Origin: Neorhizobium sp.
GTDB lineage: Bacteria; Pseudomonadota; Alphaproteobacteria; Rhizobiales; Rhizobiaceae
Length of the DNA: 64,000 nt
Direction: 5' to 3'
Assembly: GCA_965227625.1 (NCBI GenBank)
Contig: CBDDGK010000057.1
Span: 15,543 to 79,542, forward strand
Shown here: positions 10,277 to 21,760 of the stretch, piece by piece
Numbering within the stretch: position 1 is the first letter of the stretch
How the letters are laid out: every line of letters begins with the position of its first letter
Translations under genes and position numbers: made by a program
The notes under the pieces: model-generated
Database searches by the model: none
Seen by the model: only the letters and a program-made list of their open reading frames with translations
Told to the model about the DNA's origin: nothing

Positions 10277-11122
10277 TTACTTGTAGACGATCGGCTGCGG
10301 CGGGGGCTCGTAGGCCACCGGCGTATCGCAACCGCCGAACATGTAGCGGGCGCCGACGCGCGCTTCATGGCTATAGAAGCCCTTGTCGCGGCCCGGACCA
10401 CCACCGACGGCATAACCGAACATGTCGCCACCATCGACGTAGCGGAAGCGGTAGCCAACATCGGCCTTCAGGTTGCAGGTCACGTCGATCGATGCGCCGG
10501 CCATGAGGGCGGCAGTGACGCGCCAGCGACCGCGGCCGCCATGTTCTACCGTGTCATCGCAACCGCTGCCGTCGTCGGCGCAAGACGTATTGCGCAGCTT
10601 GTCCCACTTCACGTAGGTGCCGCCGAGACCGGCACCGAGGTAAGGCGTGAAGTAGCCGTAGGTGCCGAGATCGACATAGACGTTGGCCAGAAGCGACCAT
10701 GCATTCATCGACGAAATGTCGGTCGAAGTACAAGCGATCGCGCAGGCGCCGACGCCGGCGCCGCCGCCACGGGTCGAACCGCGGAACTTGCTGTTGAACA
10801 TGTGGTCGAGCGTGACGTCGGTGCGCAGATAGCTGTTGATCTGGTAGCCGACACCGCCGCCGAGCGTGAACCCGTCACGCAGGGACGAGCTGCCGAAATC
10901 CGCCATCGAGACGCTCGGGGTCGCCGTGCCCTGCCAGAATTCGACGCCGCGCGACTTCTTGAAGGAATAACCGACATCGCCGCGCAAATACCAACCGGTC
11001 GATTCCTGGACGGTCACTTCCGGCGCATCCTGGAGAGGTTCCGGCTGCTGGTAAAGGTCGGCGGAATTGGCGGCGCTCACCGTCAACGCCAGCGCAAAGG
11101 CGCTGGTCAGAAACTTCTTCAT
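10277..11122 (-). CDS. Outer membrane beta-barrel (porin/opacity-like) protein
   Basis: Signal peptide ending ANS-ADL, GWYLRGDVGY, TPYLGAGLG, HEARVGARYMF. Confidence 0.88.
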   Translation of the reverse strand: MKKFLTSAFALALTVSAANSADLYQQPEPLQDAPEVTVQESTGWYLRGDVGYSFKKSRGVEFWQGTATPSVSMADFGSSSLRDGFTLGGGVGYQINSYLRTDVTLDHMFNSKFRGSTRGGGAGVGACAIACTSTDISSMNAWSLLANVYVDLGTYGYFTPYLGAGLGGTYVKWDKLRNTSCADDGSGCDDTVEHGGRGRWRVTAALMAGASIDVTCNLKADVGYRFRYVDGGDMFGYAVGGGPGRDKGFYSHEARVGARYMFGGCDTPVAYEPPPQPIVYK

Positions 11123-11208
11123 GGCTTCATCTCCAAAGCTCGTCTCGCGTATGGCAGGCACGCGCACAGCCAACGGGTTGATCCGCAATGAATCATGATC
11201 GAGAAAGG

Positions 11209-11224
11209 TTAAGCCCCCCTTAAC
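11209..11224. promoter_or_regulatory. CtrA binding site
   Basis: TTAA-GCCCCCC-TTAAC, an exact TTAA-N7-TTAAC match that continues as TTAACCAT. Confidence 0.75.
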
Positions 11225-11355
11225 CATGCTTGTTTACCGGCTGTTTTCTCTAATTTAGACGCAATCGGCGAGTTTTATGGTTCTGACGCAAAGTAAAAGG
11301 GGCGGCAGGATACAGTCGCATTGGCAAACCTATCGATGAGGGCTAAGAAGGCCGC

Positions 11356-11520
11356 ATGTCCGACAACGTCATCAAATTCCAGCGTCCGCAGAAGCCGAAA
11401 CCACCGCGGCAGGTCCCGCCATGGGCGAAAAAACTGCTGGTCGCGCTCGGCATCGTCGCATTCTTTGCGGCAGCCTACGCCTATTTCGCACTGTCGGGCG
11501 GCTCTGCGCCGCAGATCTGA
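11356..11520 (+). CDS. 54-aa membrane-anchored hypothetical protein
   Basis: MSDNVIKFQRPQKPKPPRQVPPWAKKLLVALGIVAFFAAAYAYFALSGGSAPQI*; AAGG upstream; followed by a terminator. Confidence 0.7.
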   Translation: MSDNVIKFQRPQKPKPPRQVPPWAKKLLVALGIVAFFAAAYAYFALSGGSAPQI

Positions 11521-11548
11521 CCGATCGCGCCGAGAACCGGTCCTGAAT

Positions 11549-11582
11549 CAAAAAGCCGGCGTCTCCGCCGGCTTTGTTTTTC
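11549..11582. terminator. Bidirectional terminator
   Basis: AAAAAGCCGGCG-TCTC-CGCCGGCTTTGTTTTT between convergent genes. Confidence 0.7.
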
Positions 11583-11596
11583 CTGGATAAAACCGC

Positions 11597-12949
11597 TCAG
11601 GCCGCGCTGCGCACGTTCGCGATGACTCCAACCAGATCGTCGACGATCCGTTCGATCTGGGCGCGGTCATCGCCTTCCGCCATGACGCGGATCAACGGCT
11701 CAGTCCCGGACGGGCGAATAACGAGACGGCCCCTGGACGAAAGCTCGGCTTCCGCATCGGCGATCGCCTGGCGAACGATGTTTTCTTCCAGCGGCTTGCC
11801 GCCCGCGAAACGGACGTTTTTCAACAGCTGTGGCACCGGTTCGAATCGGCGGCAGATCTCGCTGACCGGTCGGCCGAGACGCTTGACCCTCGCAAGGATC
11901 TGCAGGGCAGCAACCAGGCCGTCACCCGTCGTGCCGAAATCCGACAAAACGATATGGCCGGACTGCTCGCCACCGACGTTGAAATCGTGATTGCGCATGT
12001 GCTCGACGACATAACGGTCGCCGACCTTGGTACGCGCCAGATCAAGTCCCCGACCCTTCAGGAAGCGTTCGAGACCGAGATTGGACATGACGGTTGCGAC
12101 GATGCCGCCGCCGGTCAGCTTTTGGTCTTCAGCCCAGCTTTCGGCAATCACCGCCATCAGCTGATCGCCGTCGACGATCTCGCCGCGCTCGTCGACGATG
12201 ATGACGCGGTCTGCGTCACCGTCGAGCGCAATACCGATATCGGCGCGCACTTCATGCACCTTCTTCTGAAGGTTGGCAGGGCTGGTGGAGCCGCAATCCA
12301 GGTTGATATTGGTACCGTTCGGCTCGTTGCCGATCGTCACCACTTCGGCGCCGAGCTCCCACAGGGCGAGCGGCGCCACCTTGTAGGCGGCACCGTTGGC
12401 GCAATCGATCGCAACCCGCAGGCCATGCAGCGTCACATCACGCGGCAGAGTGCGCTTTGCGTGTTCGATATAGCGATAGATGTCACCCTCGACGCGCTTT
12501 GCGCGGCCGATATCGGCGGATTTCGCGAGCTGGGCGTGCAGGTCGCTGTCGAGCAGCTCTTCGATGCGCATTTCCAGCTCGTCGGAAAGCTTGTAGCCAT
12601 CCGGACCAAACAGCTTGATGCCGTTATCTTCGTAAGGATTATGCGAGGCCGAAATCATCACGCCCACATCCGCACGCAGCGAACGCGTCAGCATGGCGAC
12701 GGCGGGTGTCGGGATCGGGCCGAGCAGGAAGACGTCAAGGCCGGCGGCGGTAAAACCTGCAACCATCGCATTTTCCAGCATATAGCCGGAGAGACGCGTA
12801 TCCTTGCCGATCACCACGCGGTGGCGATGGCTGCCGTTGCGAAAAATCGTTCCGACTGCAATGCCGACGCGCATCGCCAGATCCGGCGTCATGGGGAAAA
12901 TGTTGGACTGACCGCGAATGCCATCCGTGCCAAAGTAACGGCGTGTCAT
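11597..12949 (-). CDS. glmM: Phosphoglucosamine mutase
   Basis: [22 protein letters not shown] and GGEQSGH motifs. Confidence 0.97.
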   Translation of the reverse strand: MTRRYFGTDGIRGQSNIFPMTPDLAMRVGIAVGTIFRNGSHRHRVVIGKDTRLSGYMLENAMVAGFTAAGLDVFLLGPIPTPAVAMLTRSLRADVGVMISASHNPYEDNGIKLFGPDGYKLSDELEMRIEELLDSDLHAQLAKSADIGRAKRVEGDIYRYIEHAKRTLPRDVTLHGLRVAIDCANGAAYKVAPLALWELGAEVVTIGNEPNGTNINLDCGSTSPANLQKKVHEVRADIGIALDGDADRVIIVDERGEIVDGDQLMAVIAESWAEDQKLTGGGIVATVMSNLGLERFLKGRGLDLARTKVGDRYVVEHMRNHDFNVGGEQSGHIVLSDFGTTGDGLVAALQILARVKRLGRPVSEICRRFEPVPQLLKNVRFAGGKPLEENIVRQAIADAEAELSSRGRLVIRPSGTEPLIRVMAEGDDRAQIERIVDDLVGVIANVRSAA

Positions 12950-13294
12950 AAATGCTCCTTCGTCATCGCGCCCTTCATGGCGCGGCTTCCGCAGGGATTG
13001 GACCTGCACTGTGTTCGAACGCCAAACGAACCGGAAAGCCAGAGTAACGCGCGCTTATTCTAACGCAAAAAACGCACTCTAACTCCGTGAAACTGGGCAC
13101 ATTACTTTCCGAAAAGCGATTCTGCTTTTCGAAGCGATATGCCAGCTCATGCCATAGTTCGCAGGTGCAAGCACATAAATTAGCGTCAAAATCGCTTATA
13201 TCCCGTTACCGAGACGGAACGCCTGCGCCCTACTACCCAGAAGAAAGCCGCCCTGGATCACTCCACGGCGGCTCAGTTCTTTACGGCATTCCGC

Positions 13295-15223
13295 TTAGTG
13301 CGGCTGGGGCTCGAGACCGCTCTCGCCGCCCTTCGGCTCGTCCTTCTTGGAACCAGCCGAGGGAACTGCGGAACCGCGGGCCGGCGGAGCATCGTCGCCG
13401 AGGTCACGGGCCGGCTTCTGACCCTTGATCAGCGCCTTGATTTCCTCACCGGACAGCGTTTCGTATTCGAGCAGACCTTCCGCAATCGCGACGAACTCGT
13501 CGTGATTTTCAGTCAGGATCTTGCGCGCTTCGGCATAGGCCTCTTCGATCAGACGACGGACTTCGCTGTCGATCTTCTGGGCGGTCGCCTCGGAGACGTT
13601 CTTCGACTGCGAAACGGAATGACCAAGGAAGACTTCCTGCTGGTTCTCACCATAGGCAACCTGGCCGAGGACATCCGAGAAGCCCCACTGGGTCACCATG
13701 GCGCGGGCAAGCTTGGTGGCCTGCTCGATATCCGAGGATGCGCCGGAGGTGATGTTCTCCTTGCCGAAGGTCAGCTCCTCCGCGATACGGCCACCCATCA
13801 TGATGACGAGGCGCGACACCATCCACTTGTAGCTCATGGAATAGCGGTCGCCTTCCGGCAGCTGCATGACCATGCCGAGCGCACGACCGCGTGGGATGAT
13901 CGTCGCCTTGTGCAGCGGATCAGCAACCGCGACACGGAGCGCCGTAATGGCGTGACCGGCTTCGTGATAGGCAGTGAGCTTCTTTTCGGCTTCGGTCATG
14001 GCGGACGAGCGGCGTTCCGCGCCCATCATGATCTTGTCCTTGGCGTCTTCGAATTCCTGCATGGTGACGAGGCGCTTGTTACGGCGCGCAGCCATCAGGG
14101 CAGATTCGTTGACGAGGTTCATCAGGTCGGCACCGGAGAAACCGGGCGTACCGCGGGCGAGAACCTTGAGATCGACATTCGGCGCCAGCGGCACGTTGCG
14201 GGCGTGAACCTTGAGGATGCGCTCGCGGCCGACGATATCCGGGTTCGGCACGACGACCTGACGGTCGAAACGGCCCGGACGCAGCAGTGCCGGGTCGAGA
14301 ACGTCCGGACGGTTGGTCGCGGCGATCAGGATGATGCCCTCATTGGCTTCGAAACCGTCCATCTCGACGAGAAGCTGGTTGAGCGTCTGTTCGCGCTCGT
14401 CGTTACCACCGCCGAGGCCTGCGCCACGATGACGGCCGACGGCGTCGATTTCGTCGATGAAGATGATGCAAGGCGCGTTCTTCTTGGCCTGCTCGAACAT
14501 GTCGCGGACACGGCTTGCGCCGACACCGACGAACATTTCAACGAAGTCCGAACCGGAAATGGTGAAAAACGGCACGTTGGCTTCGCCGGCGACCGAGCGC
14601 GCGAGCAGCGTCTTACCGGTACCCGGAGGACCGACGAGCAACACGCCGCGCGGAATGCGGCCACCAAGGCGCTGAAATTTCTGTGGGTCACGCAGGAATT
14701 CGACGATTTCTTCGAGATCCTGCTTGGCTTCGTCGACACCGGCGACATCTTCGAACGTCACGCGGCCATGCGCTTCGGTGAGAAGCTTAGCCTTGGACTT
14801 GCCGAAGCCCATCGCGCCGCGCGAGCCGCCCTGCATCTGCCGCATGAAGAACAGCCAGACGCCAAGGATGAGCAGCATCGGCAAAAGCGTGCCGAGATAG
14901 GAAAGGAAACCGGAAGACCCGTCCGTTTCCGGGCGGGCCGAGATGTTGACGTTCTTTGCCTGCAGCTTATCCATCAACGTATCATCGATGACGGGAGAAT
15001 AGGTCTGGAAGCCGGTACCGCTCTCGTTATAGGTTCCGAGAACGCGGTTGCCAGTGACGACCACATCCCTCACCCGCCCCGAATCCACATCCTTCAGAAA
15101 CTGCGAATATGGAACCTCACGCGAACTGGTTTGCGTCGGAGCCGTCTGGAACATGCTGAACAACGCGACCAGCAGGAGGGCGATGATGACCCAGAGGGCG
15201 ATATTACGAAAATTTGGGTTCAT
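13295..15223 (-). CDS. ftsH: ATP-dependent zinc metalloprotease FtsH
   Basis: Two TM segments, [19 protein letters not shown] zinc motif. Confidence 0.98.
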   Translation of the reverse strand: MNPNFRNIALWVIIALLLVALFSMFQTAPTQTSSREVPYSQFLKDVDSGRVRDVVVTGNRVLGTYNESGTGFQTYSPVIDDTLMDKLQAKNVNISARPETDGSSGFLSYLGTLLPMLLILGVWLFFMRQMQGGSRGAMGFGKSKAKLLTEAHGRVTFEDVAGVDEAKQDLEEIVEFLRDPQKFQRLGGRIPRGVLLVGPPGTGKTLLARSVAGEANVPFFTISGSDFVEMFVGVGASRVRDMFEQAKKNAPCIIFIDEIDAVGRHRGAGLGGGNDEREQTLNQLLVEMDGFEANEGIILIAATNRPDVLDPALLRPGRFDRQVVVPNPDIVGRERILKVHARNVPLAPNVDLKVLARGTPGFSGADLMNLVNESALMAARRNKRLVTMQEFEDAKDKIMMGAERRSSAMTEAEKKLTAYHEAGHAITALRVAVADPLHKATIIPRGRALGMVMQLPEGDRYSMSYKWMVSRLVIMMGGRIAEELTFGKENITSGASSDIEQATKLARAMVTQWGFSDVLGQVAYGENQQEVFLGHSVSQSKNVSEATAQKIDSEVRRLIEEAYAEARKILTENHDEFVAIAEGLLEYETLSGEEIKALIKGQKPARDLGDDAPPARGSAVPSAGSKKDEPKGGESGLEPQPH

Positions 15224-15328
15224 TGAACTCCCCGGACTGTGACGATCAGCTTCTGACGGCGACCGCCTTGCTTGCCGCATAACATAGGGTTGCGGCACGT
15301 GCTTGCCAAGGCGAAGCGGAACCATCGC

Positions 15329-16651
15329 TTAGCTTTTCCGCGTACAATCCTTAACTGGCATCCGGGGAAAAACGTCGCATCCGAGCAAAACCGCAAACAC
15401 CGACGCCAGTCTAACCTCGAACTGCGGCAAAAAACGGTCGAATGGCCCGAGCATCGGGCAGATGGAAATCGAAGGGGCGGCAGCATCTACACGGGGCATT
15501 GCCGTGGCCGCGCGCACCGCGATAGCAGGCGGTACATCCGGGAAAAGTGCGATGGCCTCGTCGCGATCAGGCGCCGTCGAGCCGACGATGATCTCATCCT
15601 GCGTCCCGTTCACGATCCGATATCGCCCATCCCAGACGGCCATGCTTGCCGGTGCGACATGCAGCGGCATCATGCCGCGGTTCTCACGCACCACATAGAG
15701 GCCGTCTCGGCGCAGATCGAAGATCACCCGGCCTGCGGTGATCCGCCCCGGCCGCTGGCCATCGATAAAGGCCATCACACGGTCCATGCTCTCGCCGCCC
15801 GGTAGATATTCCCGGCCGCCCAGCACGGCGGCAAGCGTGGACAATGCATGGCGGATGGTCACTGGGTCTCCGGAAAGTCCACTCGGGGCTATCCGCGCCA
15901 ATACGCCCTGTCGGATCGTCGCGTGCGTGGCCAGCCAATCTGCTGCGGCATTGGAAAGCTCGGTGCGCCGCGCCCCGGCCCGTTCAACCGCCTCCGCATC
16001 GAAACCCGCCAACTGCGCGAGCCGGTCACGCACCCTCACCCGCTCGTAGTGTCGATTGAGATTGCTGGGATCGTCGATCCAGCCCTCCCCGCTCTCGCTC
16101 AAAAATGTCCGGATATCTGCTCGAAGAGTATTGAGAAACGGCCGCAGCAGCCAACGACGGCGCTCCAGCAGCACAGCCTGCGCCATGCCGGTGAGACCGA
16201 GATTGCCGTCGCTCTCGTCACGGGCCGAGCGCATCGCAACGGTCTCGGCCTGATCATCCAGCGTATGACCGGTGAGGATGGCGGTCGCATCGATCTCATC
16301 GGCGACTTCCATCAACAGGCGATATCGCGCGTCGCGCGATGCGGCTGAAATTCCGGTCCCGGGCTTCTCCCCTTCCCAGCGGCGCGTGAAATGACGAATG
16401 CCCAATCGAGCGCAGAATGCCGCGACGGCAACCGCTTCATCCGCGGATTCCGGCCGCAGAGCGTGATCGACGGTCACGGCGTCAATGACAATACCCGAGC
16501 CCGGCGGATTGGCTTTGACGAGGGAAAGCAAAAGTCCGGCGGAATCGCTACCGCCGGAAATCGCGACCAGCAGACGCGCCGGCCTCACGATACAGCCGAA
16601 AAGCCGCACGGCAGCCTCACGCGGAGAAAGGATGGAGGCGCCGGCTGGCAT
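15329..16651 (-). CDS. tilS: tRNA(Ile)-lysidine synthase
   Basis: AISGGSDS, GHTLDDQAET, DPSN motifs; position upstream of ftsH. Confidence 0.93.
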   Translation of the reverse strand: MPAGASILSPREAAVRLFGCIVRPARLLVAISGGSDSAGLLLSLVKANPPGSGIVIDAVTVDHALRPESADEAVAVAAFCARLGIRHFTRRWEGEKPGTGISAASRDARYRLLMEVADEIDATAILTGHTLDDQAETVAMRSARDESDGNLGLTGMAQAVLLERRRWLLRPFLNTLRADIRTFLSESGEGWIDDPSNLNRHYERVRVRDRLAQLAGFDAEAVERAGARRTELSNAAADWLATHATIRQGVLARIAPSGLSGDPVTIRHALSTLAAVLGGREYLPGGESMDRVMAFIDGQRPGRITAGRVIFDLRRDGLYVVRENRGMMPLHVAPASMAVWDGRYRIVNGTQDEIIVGSTAPDRDEAIALFPDVPPAIAVRAATAMPRVDAAAPSISICPMLGPFDRFLPQFEVRLASVFAVLLGCDVFPRMPVKDCTRKS

Positions 16652-16666
16652 CGCAGCTTGGCCGCG

Positions 16667-17719
16667 TCAGCCGCAGCTCAGCCGCTTCTGCTCGCTGGTG
16701 ACCTTGGCAAGAACCGCCTTGGACGCATTCGGATAACGGCGCGTCACTTCCTTCAGCGTCGCACAGGCCGTGTCGGTGTTGTCGAGCGCGGCGAGCGACA
16801 TGCCGAGCTTCAGCAGCATTTCCGGTGCCTTGGGCGACTTGCCATAGGTCTGGTGCGCATTGAGGAAGGTCTTGGCCGCCTCGTTGTATTTCTGCTGCGA
16901 ATATTGCGCTTCGCCGAGCCAGAAATTCGCGTCCGCGATGCGCGTGCTCTTCGGATATGCCTGGATGTAACCGGAGAATTCCTTCTCGGCGAGCGAGTAG
17001 TCGCCCGAGAGAACGTGATTATAAGCCGCCTGATAGGTATCGCTTTCGGAACCCAGCGAAGCGGTCTGCTGCGGGTCCGGGCGAGCAGGCGTAGGCGTGT
17101 TGCCCTGGCCACGCGAACCGAGCTCGACGCCCGGAAGTCCGGCGGAATTGTTGGTGTTGTTGCGGCTTGCGCCGCGCGTATTGCCGTTCTGGTCGATATC
17201 CATCGAACCGAGCGTGGTCGGCGGCGGCGCGGTGGTCGAACCGCCTGCAGCAGCACCGCTGTTGCCCGGCTGTTCGATGATGCGCGCGACATCGTCGGAT
17301 GGCGGCGCGGGCTGGGACGGAGAAGAAGAACCGGCCGCCGGAGCGGTGCCGGACGGGCGGCTGGACGCCACGGCTGGTTGCCCAGCCGTGTCGCCCAAAT
17401 CGCTTCTCTTCTTCTTTTCCAGATCCTGGAAACGGAATTCGTTGTCTTCCTGCGTTTTACGCAGCTGCTCCTGCATCTGCAGCAGCTGATAACTCATTTC
17501 CTCAATTCGGCCGTTCAACTGCCGAATCTGCTCCTGGAGTTGCTGGTTACGAACGGCATCGTTGCTCTGCGCAAGAATCACCGGTGCCTCTTGCGGGGCG
17601 GCCGGAGCCTGCTGCACAGAACTTTGAGTGCCTTGGAAGAGTTTAGGCAGCGAGAAAGCCCCTGCCGGAGCGCTCGTCGCCATCAGCCCCAGCATCGCTG
17701 CCAAGACAATTTTCTTCAT
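16667..17719 (-). CDS. cpoB: Tol-Pal system protein YbgF/CpoB
   Basis: Signal peptide, coiled coil, C-terminal TPRs (ANFWLGE, APEMLLKLG); follows pal. Confidence 0.92.
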   Translation of the reverse strand: MKKIVLAAMLGLMATSAPAGAFSLPKLFQGTQSSVQQAPAAPQEAPVILAQSNDAVRNQQLQEQIRQLNGRIEEMSYQLLQMQEQLRKTQEDNEFRFQDLEKKKRSDLGDTAGQPAVASSRPSGTAPAAGSSSPSQPAPPSDDVARIIEQPGNSGAAAGGSTTAPPPTTLGSMDIDQNGNTRGASRNNTNNSAGLPGVELGSRGQGNTPTPARPDPQQTASLGSESDTYQAAYNHVLSGDYSLAEKEFSGYIQAYPKSTRIADANFWLGEAQYSQQKYNEAAKTFLNAHQTYGKSPKAPEMLLKLGMSLAALDNTDTACATLKEVTRRYPNASKAVLAKVTSEQKRLSCG

Positions 17720-17848
17720 AGTGTCCGTCCTGCTCGTTAAGTCTGCACCTGATTTGGTGCAGATGAGGATTTTTCCAATCTGCCAGCAAAAAGCAACCAA
17801 GCTCGCAATCAAAAATCCCACAAATCAGGGCCAAACTATGGAAAAAGC

Positions 17849-17877
17849 AAAAAGGCGGCCCGAAGACCGCCTTTTTA
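17849..17877 (-). terminator. Terminator downstream of pal
   Basis: AAAAAGGCGG-CCCGAAGA-CCGCCTTTTT. Confidence 0.7.
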
Positions 17878-17916
17878 ATGCTCTGGTAATCTTTGCCCTG
17901 TGGGCAAAGTGCCGGA

Positions 17917-18450
17917 TTACATGCCGGCGCCGCCGAGAACCGTCACAGCGCGACGGTTCTGCGACCAGCAGGAAATGTCGTCGCAGACAGCGACCGGACG
18001 TTCCTTGCCATAGGAAATGGTCTTCAGGCGGTTTGCCGGAATGCCGCGCGAAGCGAGATATTCCTTGGTGGCGGCTGCACGACGTGCGCCGAGCGCCAGG
18101 TTGTATTCGCGGGTGCCGCGTTCGTCGGCATGGCCTTCGACGGTGATTGCGTAGTTCGGATAACGCTGCAGCCACTGTGCCTGACGGTCGAGCGTCTGCT
18201 GCGCGTCGGCGCGGATCGAGGTCGAATCGGTATCGAAGAAGATGCGGTCGCCGACATTGACCGTGAAGTCCTGGCTCGAGCCCGGCGTTGCAGCGCCTGC
18301 ACCGTTGAGGCCAAGTTCACCTGCATTGTTCGGCAGGTTCTTCTTGTTGGCGCAACCGGCGAGCGCCAGTGCCAGCGTGAGCGCGATGACGGCGGGATTG
18401 CGAGCGAGGGTCTGCATGCGGCTCATCGCCGGGGTATCGATGCGGCTCAT
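17917..18450 (-). CDS. pal: Peptidoglycan-associated lipoprotein
   Basis: LAGC lipobox, EGHADERGTREYNLALG, SYGKERP, QNRRA. Confidence 0.97.
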   Translation of the reverse strand: MSRIDTPAMSRMQTLARNPAVIALTLALALAGCANKKNLPNNAGELGLNGAGAATPGSSQDFTVNVGDRIFFDTDSTSIRADAQQTLDRQAQWLQRYPNYAITVEGHADERGTREYNLALGARRAAATKEYLASRGIPANRLKTISYGKERPVAVCDDISCWSQNRRAVTVLGGAGM

Positions 18451-18523
18451 GGCCGGTCTCTCCTTAGATCAGTAATTTTCAGAGTTGCCAGAATTACGGT
18501 TTCCAGACTCTAACCGGGCTCGG

Positions 18524-18551
18524 TTAACCATGAGCGAAGGCTTATGGTTAA
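18524..18551. promoter_or_regulatory. Pair of CtrA half-sites (TTAACCAT) upstream of pal
   Basis: TTAACCAT at 18524-18531 and its inverse ATGGTTAA at 18544-18551. Confidence 0.55.
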
Positions 18552-18641
18552 CAAATCATTCCGGCGTCCCTTTTTTCGCCCTTTCTCAGGAGAATGGGGC
18601 GGGAAAGAGGCGACAATCCGCCTCTTTCATCGTTAACTGCC

Positions 18642-19955
18642 CTATTCGAGGAGCGGCGACCAGGCCGGGTCGGATGCGTAGGACGGTGTCTTGATCTGCA
18701 ATTCGTTGTAACCGGTGAGGTCGATCGAATAGAGCTGCGGACCGCCCGCACCCGCCGCCTGGCGGAAGAACATCAGCACGCGTCCATTCGGCGCCCAGGT
18801 CGGGCCTTCGTTGTGGAAGCCGCTCGTCAGGATGCGCTCGCCCGAGCCATCCGGCTTCATCACGCCGATCGAGAACTTGCCGCCCGACTGCTTGGTGAAG
18901 GCGATCAGGTCGCCACGGGGAGACCAGACCGGCGTCGAATAGGAGCCGTCGCCGAAGGAAATGCGCGTCTGGCCGGAGCCGTCGGCATTCATGACATAGA
19001 TCTGCGGGCGTCCACCGCGGTCACTTTCGAAAGCCACGCGTGCGCCATCCGGAGCATAGGAGGGCGAGGTGTCGATCGCGGCCGTGGACGTCAGGCGCGT
19101 TGTGGTGCGGGACCGCAGATCCATCGTGTAGATGTTGGAATTGCCTTCCTGCTGCAAGCTCATGATGACCTTCTGGCCATCGGGAGAGAAACGCGGCGAG
19201 AAGGTCATGCCCGGAAAGTTGCCCACCACTTCACGCTGTCCGGTTTCCAGCTGCAGCAGGTAAACGCGCGGCTGGTTGCCTTCGAACGACATGTAGGTGA
19301 TTTCCTGACGGCTCGGCGAGAAGCGCGGCGTCAGAACGATGTCCTTGGTGTTGGTGAGCATGCGGACGTTGAAGCCGTCCTGGTCCATGATCGCCAGATT
19401 GCGCTGGCGGGCATTCTTCGGACCGCTTTCAGACACGAAGACGACGCGGCTGTCGAAATAGCCGTTTTCGCCGGTGATCTGCTTGTAGATCGCGTCGGCG
19501 ATGATGTGCGCGACACGGCGCCAGTTTTCCGGCTGGGTGAAGAACTGCTGGCCGGTCATCTGCGAGCCGGCATAGGTATCCCAGAGGCGGAATTCGGCGC
19601 GCAGCCGGCCGTCATTCTCACGCGTAACGCGGCCCGTGACCAGCGCCTGGGCGTTGATGACCTTCCAGTCGTCGAAACGCGGTGTGCGGTTCGGGTCCGT
19701 GATCTTTTCGATGAACGCCTGCTTGTTGACCGGAGCGAACAGGCCGGAACGCTGCAGGTCGGCAGCGATGACCTGCGAAATCTGCGGCCCGAGATCGTTG
19801 TTGGACAGGAAATCCGTCACTGCGATCGGCAGCGGCTGAACATTACCCTTGTTGATGTTGATCGTGACTTCGGCGTTCGCCGGAGCGGCGGCAATAAAGG
19901 CCGTCAACATGCCCGCAGCCACCATCACGGCGCGGAAAAAAGAGCTCTTGATCAT
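18642..19955 (-). CDS. tolB: Tol-Pal beta-propeller protein TolB
   Basis: Signal peptide, PD40 repeats (PRFSP, PSYAPDG, PVWSPRG, PAWSP). Confidence 0.97.
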   Translation of the reverse strand: MIKSSFFRAVMVAAGMLTAFIAAAPANAEVTININKGNVQPLPIAVTDFLSNNDLGPQISQVIAADLQRSGLFAPVNKQAFIEKITDPNRTPRFDDWKVINAQALVTGRVTRENDGRLRAEFRLWDTYAGSQMTGQQFFTQPENWRRVAHIIADAIYKQITGENGYFDSRVVFVSESGPKNARQRNLAIMDQDGFNVRMLTNTKDIVLTPRFSPSRQEITYMSFEGNQPRVYLLQLETGQREVVGNFPGMTFSPRFSPDGQKVIMSLQQEGNSNIYTMDLRSRTTTRLTSTAAIDTSPSYAPDGARVAFESDRGGRPQIYVMNADGSGQTRISFGDGSYSTPVWSPRGDLIAFTKQSGGKFSIGVMKPDGSGERILTSGFHNEGPTWAPNGRVLMFFRQAAGAGGPQLYSIDLTGYNELQIKTPSYASDPAWSPLLE

Positions 19956-20028
19956 TTAAACAAGCCTTTCAGCTTTAACACGAGAGTTTCGGGGCAGGTT
20001 CCGTTTGATCGGTTCCATACCTGCCGGC

Positions 20029-21267
20029 TCACAGCGCGAACTCCGAGGGATCGAAGTTCAGCACCAAAACATTCCAACCTTTTTCGCCCTCATACTTTGC
20101 AGCGGGCAAATTCTTGAGCGGCGCGGATTTCAAAAGCGCGCGGCGTGTGCTGCCTTCGACAGCCCGACGGGTACCATCTGGCCCACCGGTCGCGGTCACT
20201 TCCGGCTCGCCGACAATATTGCCGGACTGGTCGAGCTGAACGCGGATCTTCACCCGAACTTCCGAAACACCGGTCAAGCCGCCGACCAGCGCCCAATTGC
20301 CCTGAATCTGGCCCTTGACGTTGTCGATCTCGCTGGAGCTGAGGCCCGTGCCGAGCGTCTTGGTGTCACCACGCGACGCAACCTGCGTCGAACGCTTGGC
20401 GCCGCCGCCCGTCGCTTCCTGCTTGTTGAGCAACGCCGCGATATCGTTGGCGTTGAAATCGCTTGCCATGGAGGACGAAGACTTGGCCGTTTCCTGCTGC
20501 TTGCCTTCCTTCTTGTCGGAGGGCTTCACGGATGCAGTCGTCTTGGCGTCGGTCTTGGCAGTCTCGGTCGGCTTGGCGGCCGTTGCGTCCGGCTTTGGCG
20601 GCGTCGGCTTCTCAGCCGGCTTTTCGACGGGCTTGGCCTGCTCCTTCGGCGGTTCAGGCTTCGGCGGGGTCGGCTTTGCCATCGGCGTCGCCGTCTGCGG
20701 CGGCAGTTCGCCGGTCTCGGACGTGTTTTCGGCCTGAACAGGCGCCGGCGTCGGCTTGGCAGCCTCCGGCTTCGGCGGGGTCGGCTCGGGCTTTGGTGGT
20801 GTCGGCTCAGGCTTCGGCGGCGTGGGTTCCGGCCTTGGCTGCGGCAGAGCGGCAACTTCGGTCGGCTTCGGCGCCGTCTCTTCCTTGACGATATCCTTGA
20901 CCTGATTCTGCTCAGGCGTCGGGGTCGGCGTCGGGCGCTCGGTCGGCTTCGGAGCAGCCGTCACTTCCGTCGGGGTCGGCTTGGTGACCGGGGTCGGCGG
21001 CGTCTTCAGATCGACATTGTTCTCGCCCGCATTCTGGGCGTTGTCGACGACCTTCTGGTTCTTGGTTTCCTTCGGAGAAGGCTTGGTGCTCGGAGGCGCC
21101 TTCTTGTCACCCTGCTGGGTTTGGGTGATCGATTCCACCGGCACAATATCGACCGGCAGCGCCTCGACATCCGCGACTTCGAAAGACGCGGGGGCGCTGA
21201 GCGACACCAGAGCGAAGCCTAGCGCCACCGTATGCAGAACCAGCGATGTGCCGAGACTGACCTTCAT
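20029..21267 (-). CDS. tolA: Cell envelope integrity protein TolA
   Basis: N-terminal TM with SLVLH, Pro/Lys-rich linker, C-terminal LNFDP; between tolR and tolB. Confidence 0.85.
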   Translation of the reverse strand: MKVSLGTSLVLHTVALGFALVSLSAPASFEVADVEALPVDIVPVESITQTQQGDKKAPPSTKPSPKETKNQKVVDNAQNAGENNVDLKTPPTPVTKPTPTEVTAAPKPTERPTPTPTPEQNQVKDIVKEETAPKPTEVAALPQPRPEPTPPKPEPTPPKPEPTPPKPEAAKPTPAPVQAENTSETGELPPQTATPMAKPTPPKPEPPKEQAKPVEKPAEKPTPPKPDATAAKPTETAKTDAKTTASVKPSDKKEGKQQETAKSSSSMASDFNANDIAALLNKQEATGGGAKRSTQVASRGDTKTLGTGLSSSEIDNVKGQIQGNWALVGGLTGVSEVRVKIRVQLDQSGNIVGEPEVTATGGPDGTRRAVEGSTRRALLKSAPLKNLPAAKYEGEKGWNVLVLNFDPSEFAL

Positions 21268-21277
21268 GGTGCTTCGA

Positions 21278-21733
21278 TCACTTCGCCTGTTCCTGAAGCG
21301 TGACAAGGCCGATATTCTTGTAACCGGCGGCGGAAATGCGGGCCATGACCTTCATGACGATGCCATAGGCAGCCGTCGTGTCGCCGCGCACATAGATGCG
21401 TTCGTTATAGCCCGTGGTGGCGATAGCCTGCAGCTTCGGCACGATCTCTTCGATCGCGATGGGCGATTCCTGGAGATAGATCTCGCCCTTCGGATTGACC
21501 GAAACGGTAATCGGCTGCGTATCGGCATTCATCGCCTTCGCCTGCGTTTCCGGCAGGTCGATCGGTACGCCGACGGTCATCATCGGTGCCGCCACCATGA
21601 AGATGATCAGAAGCACGAGCATGACGTCGACGAGCGGCGTCACGTTGATTTCACTGATGGCACCGCCACGCCGGCCGCCGCGCCTGCGACGACCGCCACC
21701 CGATGCCTTTGCTCCTCCGGCCGACATACCCAT
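21278..21733 (-). CDS. tolR: TolR
   Basis: EINVTPLVDVMLVLLIIFMV motif. Confidence 0.96.
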   Translation of the reverse strand: MGMSAGGAKASGGGRRRRGGRRGGAISEINVTPLVDVMLVLLIIFMVAAPMMTVGVPIDLPETQAKAMNADTQPITVSVNPKGEIYLQESPIAIEEIVPKLQAIATTGYNERIYVRGDTTAAYGIVMKVMARISAAGYKNIGLVTLQEQAK

Positions 21734-21760
21734 GATACGTACTCCTTGGCCTTGATAGGA

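Noticed and set aside
6072-15226. Long antisense ORFs opposite serA, serC, glmM and ftsH (also tolB and ruvB)
   Set aside because: Shadow frames expected from high-GC3 codon bias; no motifs, and they fully overlap well-supported genes.
20740-20960. Tandem repeats resembling an array
   Set aside because: They encode the Pro/Lys/Thr-rich PEPTPPK linker of TolA; degenerate at third positions, with no spacers, so not CRISPR.
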